Assembly (NCBI GenBank): GCA_965644295.1
Contig: CBFFRP010000627.1
Span: forward strand, 1 to 7,462
DNA from: Paraphysomonas bandaiensis
Lineage: Eukaryota > Protista > Chrysophyceae
DNA length: 7,462 bases
Direction: 5' to 3'
Positions 1 to 7,278 of the stretch are shown here, one piece after another. The notes beneath the pieces were generated by a model that was not told where the DNA came from, did no database searches, and worked only from the letters and a program-made list of their open reading frames with translations. How positions within the stretch are numbered: the stretch's first letter is position 1; each line of letters begins with the position of its first letter. The translations under genes were made by a program, and so were the position numbers.

Positions 1-70
1 TATATGTATATTACATAATTGTGTGTTGGTATAGTACACTATTAAACTATCATATTCTCCTCACACAATT

Positions 71-127
71 ATGATCTATACTACACTTGTTGCTGCTGCA
101 TTTGCACTTATCACTCAATGTGATGCG
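71..127 (+). other. Predicted signal peptide of the cathepsin (MIYTTLVAAAFALITQCDA)
   Basis: Hydrophobic core LVAAAFALI followed by small residues at -3/-1 (C-D-A). The cleavage site is inferred by eye. Confidence 0.75.
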
Positions 128-1523
128 TTGAGAAATGAACTTGTTCTACAGGACTCTAGTGCTATAGGCGAGGTTGTGGTCTCCAAGAGACCTCATGAAT
201 ACCTCTCTGCCTCAGATCTACCGGAGAGGTAACTATCTTATATATATTATGAGCTGTAGTTTGATAATACGGTGTATAGTTTGGATTATCGTGAGGATGG
301 TCTACTAACAACGGGTATGACCATATGTACATGTCTATATCGTATAATATAATGTGGTATACTCTATATAGACTTGAACCAGCATATCCCTGTGTACTGT
401 GGATCTTGTTGGGCCCATGCTGCATTTAGCAGCATTGCGGATCGTCTTAAGATTGCTACTAAAGGGAAACAGAGAGATGTGATTCCTTCTGTGCAGGCAC
501 TCATCAATTGTGGTGATGCTGGCACCTGCAATGGCGGTGATAGCAACGCTGCCAACAAATGGGTGTATGATAATGGTATCCCGGATGTGACCTGTCAGCA
601 ATACCAGGCCAAGAATATGGAGTGCTCAGACATGAATATGTGCATGAACTGCGACTATGGCACTGGGGAATGCTATGGTATTACCGTGCTGTGCGAATGA
701 TTCTCACTGATGTGCTGCTACATAATTCCTGTATATAAGTACTCTCCTGTGATATCTTCTCTTATACTTTCCTACTTTCTTTTAGCAATCAAGAACTACC
801 CTAAAGTAAGAGTGAGCGAATATGGTACGGCCAACGGCGATGATGAAATTATGGCTGAGATTTACGCCAGAGGCCCAGTGGCTGCTTACATTGATGCGGT
901 GGGTTTAGTGTACATTGCACAGTGACTAGGCAAAAGACTTCATATCCATAACGTACTTGTCTGTAGTACTGTGTCGTGCCATCATCTGTACCGTAACTTA
1001 CTTGTTGTCGCAGACTTGTATCGAGGAGTATGATGGCGGCATTAATATGTATGATTCTTGTACTCGCATAATTAATCATGCGATCGCTCTGACCGGATGG
1101 GGCACCGAGGTACGATCACATGGCTGTTTCCACTCGTAGTATGCCATAGCTCTTTATTCTGCAGGATGTTTGGGTGGTATTATATGTATCACTGTGTCAT
1201 GTCAAATAGCTGTTGTGATAAAAATAATATCGGTTGTGGTTTGTTTAGAACGGTACCGACTACTGGATTGGACGTAATTCCTGGGGAACTTACTGGGGTA
1301 AGGATACTCACGATAAGGATTGTGTATTTGTGTATCTGTATGTGACTTATTTGTTAACCCTTTGCCCCTACTTCATATTTTTCTGTACGACTGTCGTTTA
1401 GAATATATATCGTAATCGCTTTCAATTGTAGGTGAACACGGCTTTTTCCGTATTGTTCGTGGTGGGCGCTATAAGCCGAAGCAGGGCTACTGGGCCGTCC
1501 CCGTGGTCTCCGATGACCTCTAA
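71..1523 (+). CDS. CTSZ: Cathepsin X/Z-like cysteine peptidase (papain family C1A), 282 aa, 7 exons: 71-228, 280-314, 372-677, 786-898, 1014-1109, 1249-1297, 1432-1523
   Basis: Manual splicing at GT-AG sites gives one open 849-nt frame: MIYTTLVAAAFALITQCDA (signal-peptide-like) ... RPHEYLSASDLPES|LDYREDGLLTTD|LNQHIPVYCGSCWAH ... CGDAGTCNGG ... EIYARGPVAAYIDA|TC ... INHAIALTGWGTE|NGTDYWIGRNSWGTYWG|EHGFFRIVRG ... TAA (1521-1523). The oxyanion Gln (380-382), catalytic Cys (407-409), His (1077-1079) and Asn (1276-1278) are all present. The HIP mini-loop between Gln and Cys is diagnostic of cathepsin X. Introns: 229-279, 315-371, 678-785, 899-1013, 1110-1248, 1298-1431. Confidence 0.95.
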
Positions 1524-1781
1524 ATACACACAGACGCTTGCGACTGTCGAATGTGCTTGGAAATGATGAGTTATTGCATAATAGTCATGCCTAGCAATGG
1601 TGTTACTGTGAACAAAATCTGATTATTTTTGTGGCAAGAATGTGTGTAGCTGAACAAAGATCAAGTACGTCATTCTGTTGTGACTTAGTAAGTTTGATAA
1701 CTAAAAGTTCCAACTCGCAGTTGGATGTATTCCTATGCATTGTGCAACTGGCAGCTGGTACCCAAAACTAACTTTTCGACA

Positions 1782-1863
1782 TTGAAGTGAGTTTACTGCA
1801 CTCTGTAGACATTACACACTACAGTAGATTAATTAAAATTGCAATAGCCATCACTCACTTCAA
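1782..1863. repeat. Nested inverted repeat / fold-back element
   Basis: Perfect 11-bp inverted repeat TTGAAGTGAGT (1782-1792) / ACTCACTTCAA (1853-1863), enclosing TTACTGCA/TGCAATAG and CTGTAG (1803-1808)/CTACAG (1819-1824). Confidence 0.7.
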
Positions 1864-2998
1864 GTTACTACAGTACTTTTATTGGCTTCATGTCAAGCTC
1901 ACGTGTGCATCATACCGCCATACCGCCTGTTTATTTGTCTCTATAAATAGAGGAATCTGTTGAGTTTTGCTGTTCCTGAGCAATTAAAAGCTGTATTTTT
2001 AAGGTATTTGAAGAATACAGTAATGGTTAACTGTATTATGAGAACATAGTAATTATAGTAGTGAAATTAAAGTATATATTTACCATATAAGATGAAAGAC
2101 GAATGACAATGATTGATAAGTGATATTAATTTAAATTTAAGCAGCTTTAGTAAAGTCTTAAACCAACCCAACATAGCAAAAGTTGATAGAAACAGATGCA
2201 GTGGGAAGATGTTCGATTGACATGTTTTCATATATAAAAGATTTTCTGACAGCACAGTAAATAAGGTATGACGATCAATGTATTCTGTTCATACTTTTGT
2301 TAACTGAAACTATTTCAGATGATGACCAAGAGACTTTCCACATATACAGAAAATAAGATAGCGTAAATTTCTAGAAATTTAGACAGTGTGTACAGGTATA
2401 TAAAAGTACAGACAGCATGTATTGTAGAAATTTCAAATCGATAAAATAATAAGTATTTCCATCATCTAATCTTTTTATTTTAAATTTGAATGTAAGAATT
2501 TTAGTGACTCAGGGGTTTAGGGGGATAAAAAAAGCTTGCCCCGGCATCCTCTCGTCCTCGTTTTTAATTTCTAAGTAATTTGAACTCTGTGTTGAGATGA
2601 TAATGGCGAAGAAGAGAAGAACCTCCAACAAATGAAGGTGTTGTAAAAAAGCTATATAACAACAAGTTGATAATAAAGTTAGTGTAAACTTTTATTAACT
2701 TTTTATATGAGTGCTATCTGTGATTCTAATGAATTACATTATCAACGTCAAGTATGACAGACTAGACACAATGGGCAGACACTGCATTGCACCAATCTTA
2801 AAGATGCTGTACATTTGGATATTGTACATATCTTACACACCGCGGTGTCCTCATACACCAATATACTCTTGTAGTGAACTACTGTCATACTGTATTAGAT
2901 GTACACACTACACTGTTGTATACTAAGCACATCTAGTATAGCGCTGTATACAATTAAACTAAGCTTTTATTTCAATGACAGTCAACCTTCTATAGTAG

Positions 2999-3138
2999 TG
3001 AATGCCTTATATTAGCAATAATAAACGTTTAAGAGTCAGTGCTTTACTATGATATACTCTGCACAAGTGACACTTATATCTGTGTCCTTTGTACCACAAA
3101 AGCATTTGGCTATATTGAATGTCTTATTATTAGCAATA
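2999..3138 (+). repeat. Second direct repeat pair, 2999-3020 and 3116-3138
   Basis: TGAATGCCTTAT-ATTAGCAATA vs TGAATGTCTTATTATTAGCAATA (one mismatch, one indel). Weaker similarity continues downstream (TTAAGAGTCAG vs TTAGGAATCAG). Confidence 0.75.
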
Positions 3139-3512
3139 GGTGTTAGGAATCAGCACCAGCTTAGTAGCTAGATGAAAACTAGGCAAGTTATAGACAGGCG
3201 TTGTTTACCTCTATAATAACTAACTAGAGTACAAACTCTATTATTTAACGCTACGAAAGCTGCTTGTGCGTCACCGCAAGCACTCAAAGCAAACGCAGTG
3301 AGAAAGCAGCAATGTTGATAAACCTGACATCTGAGGACTTCAGAATTTTTGAGTCCTCAAGGAGGTCAGCAGATTGCCCAATACATAAGATGCCCTCTTC
3401 GGGTGGACCCTTTCCCAGATGCCTGTTTCTTCGTCAAGGCCCAAAGACGTCTACTACACAGGTGATATTTATTAGTGTCCCTTGTACCACACAAGCATTT
3501 ATTTGGCTATAT
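3062..3512 (+). repeat. Diverged direct repeat pair, 3062-3115 and 3457-3512
   Basis: CACAAGTGACACTTATATCTGTGTCCTTTGTACCACAAAAGCATTTGGCTATAT vs CACAGGTGATATTTATTAGTGTCCCTTGTACCACACAAGCATTTATTTGGCTATAT: 45 of 52 aligned positions are identical, with a 2-nt and a 4-nt indel. Confidence 0.85.
3324..3369. repeat. Imperfect long hairpin
   Basis: Perfect 8-bp core TGAGGACT (3332-3339)/AGTCCTCA (3352-3359), extended outward by CTGACATC/GAGGTCAG and inward by CAGA/TTTG. Confidence 0.65.
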
Positions 3513-4204
3513 GAGTGGGAAGAAAATTTTTGCTAACTACATATGCGGCTCACGTTAATGTCCGGGATAAATGTCTCTGACCTGGTAATTATCCCCGAGA
3601 ACACCACAAAAAGGTTCAAGTCCAGCTTTTTGGAGGGGAGCACAATAATGCTATTTCATGCCAAGGCAGAATACGTAGCCTATATACCAATGATGTGCAG
3701 ATGTCAAAAAAGATGAGGTGAAAGGAAAGGTGACCCCCAACTCCCAAGGGGACACTCTCCTTTGTAATTAAAACTGAAAGTCTGTAGAAGTTGTTGGGAT
3801 GTATAATGTGATTGCTTATTGTCAACACGATAAACAGATCAAGAATCAACAACAGGCAAATGTACAGTTTCTAAACAAAAAGAGGGATAAGAAAATACGT
3901 AACATATATATATACCATAGTTATATATAATATTACGAAAGGATTCCTAAGTTGTTTTCAAAAACACTTATTAATACTTTAAGTTCATACTAAACACTGA
4001 TCAATATACTTTATTTAATATAAATACATCAACGAAATATAGCGTGGAAACATTGACGCCATTTACAAATCAAGAACAACTAAAACTCAATCACTTACAC
4101 TTTCAACGCAATGTGTAAATTCGTATTACACACTAAAAAACGTAGTTCAGAATAGTATACCACCTAGCGTGTATACAACAGTGAATACCTTCGTAAAACG
4201 TGTA

Positions 4205-4230
4205 CTGCGTGGAATTCTGCATGGAATTCT
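4205..4230. repeat. 12-bp tandem duplication just 3' of the kinase stop codon
   Basis: CTGCGTGGAATT (4205-4216) and CTGCATGGAATT (4217-4228), followed by CT. Confidence 0.75.
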
Positions 4231-4236
4231 TTTTTT

Positions 4237-6678
4237 CTAGTCCGCAAAGAAGCTGTCTCCCATTATAGTTTTAGCAGATAATAGAGCAATTTCTAATGGG
4301 ATATGCAGTTGATCTGCAAACCTTTTCCAAATTCGCTTCCCGTTAGTATAAGGATTAGGTATTTTTTTCATATTCTCCACATGAACAGACAAAAACGAAC
4401 ACTCTTTCCTTCGGGATACAGACCGCATTGATGATTCCTCAAACGAGCTTACTGCATTGTTAAACTCTTGCCTGGAAAGCGTTTTACGGAGCTCTTCCAC
4501 AGATCGATACTTTGCAACAATCTTTCCCAGTATAACCTCCATGTGCTCCAGTCTTGCAGCTACTAGCATGGCCGCTATTTGTTCATTATCACTTTCGTCA
4601 GTATTCGACTTGCATTGAGCAATAGCTTGACTAGCAAGTTGAGCAACAGACGGAGAAGACATAGTCGAGGAGGAAGACATGTGAATCTTCTGAACTGCAA
4701 GGTCAATCAGGTTACCCAACACTGGTTCAGTAGGAGATAACTCGTCCATAAAATCATACGATGATTGACTGCTAAATTTCTCTAAAGTCAAGGGGGTATG
4801 GTCCAAGGCAGTGGACAGAAATGGGTGCTCAAGGAGTTCATTTACAGTCGCTCTCTCCGAGGGCTCCTTCATCAAGCACATTCTCAAGAAGTCTTTCAGC
4901 TTGGAACTATATTCATCACTCACAGTGGGTGAATCCTCATCACATATCTCCTTCATCAGCTCCCAAAAATTATTCCCACAACGTCCATAAGGGTGTTCTC
5001 CGCTTAATATGGCTATGAGAGATATACCAAGCGACCACACATCTGCCGGAAAGGAGTAGGGGGCGCTCGTGATACGCTCCGGAGACTAGGAGAAACAGTT
5101 ACAAACCGACTAGTATGTCCTTAAACCCATATTACCACTCACCATGTAACTAAGTGTGCCCACGAAAGAGTTCTGATGACAGTTCCGAACGCTGGCAACC
5201 TTCGCCAAACCAAAGTCCGCAATTCTAACATCACCATTACAATTTATCAAAATATTTCCAGGCTTGATGTCACGATGAAGCTGCTTCTTGTTGTGCAAAA
5301 ACATGAGGCCGTCCAGAACCTGTGCCCCATAATCAAAAGTAAAAATTAGACACAAGAGTAATAAATATAACATAATGAGATATATAATTTTGTTCATATG
5401 GTAACAACGCTTAAAACGACTGGCAGGTGCCATAAACTATCACAAGCACATACCTGCTTCGCAATCTGGGCAACAACAGATTCATCATTGCAACCTCCCC
5501 GTTCGACTACATCTTGCAGAGAACCACCATCCATGTACTCCATTACTATGTTCACCATGCCAGTATCAGAGGAAACAAAAGCTGCAAATCATATGAGAAA
5601 TAAATCTCAGGCCTGGCGAAATATGCAGGCGTAGCATGATAAGCAGTATGACAGCGGTTCATTATGTTGTAAGACGCAGAACCATAAAAAAATATTGCAA
5701 GATGCTTGAGGACGCATGCACATACCGTCGTACATCCCAAGAACGTTGCGGCACCTTTCTTCGTTGGAATTCAATCCTTCGTCACTAATATCCATCTACC
5801 ATGAACACACTGTTAGGCATATTCACATATACAAAGCTGTCAAAGGTATCGAAATATCACAATAAAGCGAAGACAAAGTACTATAAAAGGAACACTCATA
5901 CCTTGTCAGGATTTATGTCGAGTTCATCATGGAGCAATTTTAGCTCAGCCATACACTCATACAATACACTTAATTCACTGCTAACCCTCTTCACATCATC
6001 ATCGTCGTTAACCTGTAGCATCTTTAAGGCCACCACTGTCATAGAGGGTATGTGCAAAGCTTCAATAACCCTACAAGTAGTGCCGCTGCCAAGGCATTTT
6101 ATTTCAACAAACTCTGAGCTCTCAGTCATGATACGCTGATTTATAACAAATTCCCCTACGTAGAGGCATCCGCTTGGAGATACATTCGATGAAACCACAG
6201 GAGATACAGTCAATTTATTGAATGGGTTATCATTAACTACATAATCCGTATCAACAACTAAATTAGGTCTCGGACGACGGCGAGGGCCACGACGGGATAT
6301 ACTGCCTTTCTTCCAATCCGGATTCGTGTATTCGTCGAGGGCAGTAATAGGTCGGATCTTGTCACTGCATTCACTCATAGTAAGGTTACTTTCTTGAGTG
6401 TCAGTGAGATGTCGATATTGTTTGCTCTCTGTGCATAATGTTTGTGCTAATCGCTGTAGAGCGAGATTCTTTACACTGACAGGGGCGTTATTGACAGCTG
6501 TCTCATCGTGCAGTCGAACACTGCTACATGCACTACGTAGTGATCGATAGATATCAGAGTTATCATCTCCTGAGTTCTTAAGCTGATGGTATTCCAATAA
6601 CAGCTCATTACTATCACGTATACCACTACGAATAGTGGGTTTACGCACTGGGGTCTTACGAGACACTGCTCCACCCAT
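4237..6678 (-). CDS. MAP kinase kinase (STE7/MAP2K family) protein kinase, 666 aa, 5 exons: 6678-5902, 5795-5726, 5581-5454, 5319-5143, 5085-4237
   Basis: The spliced frame is open over 2001 nt with GT-AG introns at 5901-5796, 5725-5582, 5453-5320 and 5142-5086. Kinase motifs: LGSGTTCRV, VALK, alphaC Glu (SSEL), MEYMDGGSLQD, LHRDIKPGNIL, ADFG, SFVGTLSYM|SPERI, YSFPADVWSLGISL, HPFL. MEYMDGGSL and SFVGTxxYMSPERI are MAP2K hallmarks. The start at 6678 (MGGAVSRK) is preferred but less certain than the rest. Confidence 0.92.
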
Positions 6679-6886
6679 TCTAATCCACGCTGTTACCTTC
6701 GTTAACTTACAATGTATACAGCACCACACACAATCTAATAGTATAGTTATGAATATGAAGTAAAAGCAGTATGAATGAGATACTGTAACATTCATATGAT
6801 AAGAAACCACTGATGATATTATAGCCACATGCGCACTTCACATACGCTTCACCGCACTTCACTACATGGGAGAAATTTAGAACCTA

Positions 6887-6980
6887 TTGATTGGAAGAAA
6901 GTAATTTTGATTGGATATAAGGGATTGCAAATCTCTCTTTTTTTCCCACTCTATGTGTGTAGGAATTCCAACCAGCCAAT
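6887..6980. promoter_or_regulatory. Cluster of CCAAT boxes in the divergent intergenic region
   Basis: TTGATTGGA occurs at 6887-6895 and 6907-6915 (CCAAT on -, exactly 20 bp apart), and AGCCAAT at 6974-6980 on +. These lie about 210-300 bp upstream of the kinase ATG. Function is inferred. Confidence 0.5.
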
Positions 6981-7016
6981 AATGTGGTGGCTATATATCC
7001 AAAAGTGCGTACAGTC

Positions 7017-7046
7017 AGGGGTGGATTTGTAAGGGGTGGATTCGTA
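7017..7046 (+). repeat. 15-bp tandem duplication AGGGGTGGATT(T/C)GTA x2
   Basis: 7017-7031 AGGGGTGGATTTGTA and 7032-7046 AGGGGTGGATTCGTA differ at one position. Confidence 0.9.
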
Positions 7047-7278
7047 CACCAGTTTCCACAGAAAGATTTTTCTGTAAAATGTGGAAGGTACCGTACTCAA
7101 GCCCGCACCATAATGGTGTGGAACTATATAAGTGGTGATGATGAGTGACCAGTGGTATGTATGGTGTTGCTGGTGAGTAATAGATCCAGGGAGGTGGGTG
7201 TTGAAGGAGGAGCTCTCTCATCACAGCATGGTATCATACATACAGAACATAATAACAGCGAGAACATATCATAGTAGC

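Noticed and set aside
162-1345. Short ORFs in the track (162-425, 335-601, 364-558, 849-1079 on -; 1097-1345 on +) as separate genes
   Set aside because: They are antisense or off-frame shadows of cathepsin exons and introns. The + ORFs at 374, 710 and 957 are exons 3-5 read through into introns.
2067-2926. ORFs 2067-2255 (-) and 2711-2926 (+)
   Set aside because: Short, non-ATG starts in AT-rich DNA, with I/L/Y/F-biased composition typical of random frames.
3380-3720. TGA read-through or selenoprotein in a + frame with several TGA stops
   Set aside because: The same frame also contains TAA/TAG unless an indel is assumed, both real genes use the standard code, and I see no convincing SECIS.
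3264-3852. ORFs 3264-3536 (+) and 3616-3852 (-) as genes; GEHNN as a WRKY/MULE-like motif
   Set aside because: No recognisable domain and no consistent splice model. The motif lacks the second His and upstream Cys pattern.
6073-6090. G-loop GSGTTC lacking the third Gly as a pseudokinase sign
   Set aside because: The third Gly is commonly replaced in active kinases, and VALK, HRD and DFG are intact.
4821-6674. ORFs 4821-5018, 5398-5634, 5801-6139 (+) and 5552-5740, 6471-6674 (-)
   Set aside because: They are antisense or alternative-frame shadows of kinase exons, with no independent motifs.
71-6678. Functional link between the cathepsin and the MAP2K
   Set aside because: Convergent neighbours in a eukaryote share no promoter, and adjacency alone is not evidence.
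6679-6828. N-terminal 50 aa of ORF 5896-6828 as a transmembrane leader
   Set aside because: It starts at GTG and has a T-rich UTR/intron-like composition. MGGAVSRK at 6678 is the more plausible start, though this is unproven.
6829-7224. ORFs 6829-7032 (+) and 7015-7224 (-)
   Set aside because: Short, with no motifs, and they overlap the promoter-like repeats.
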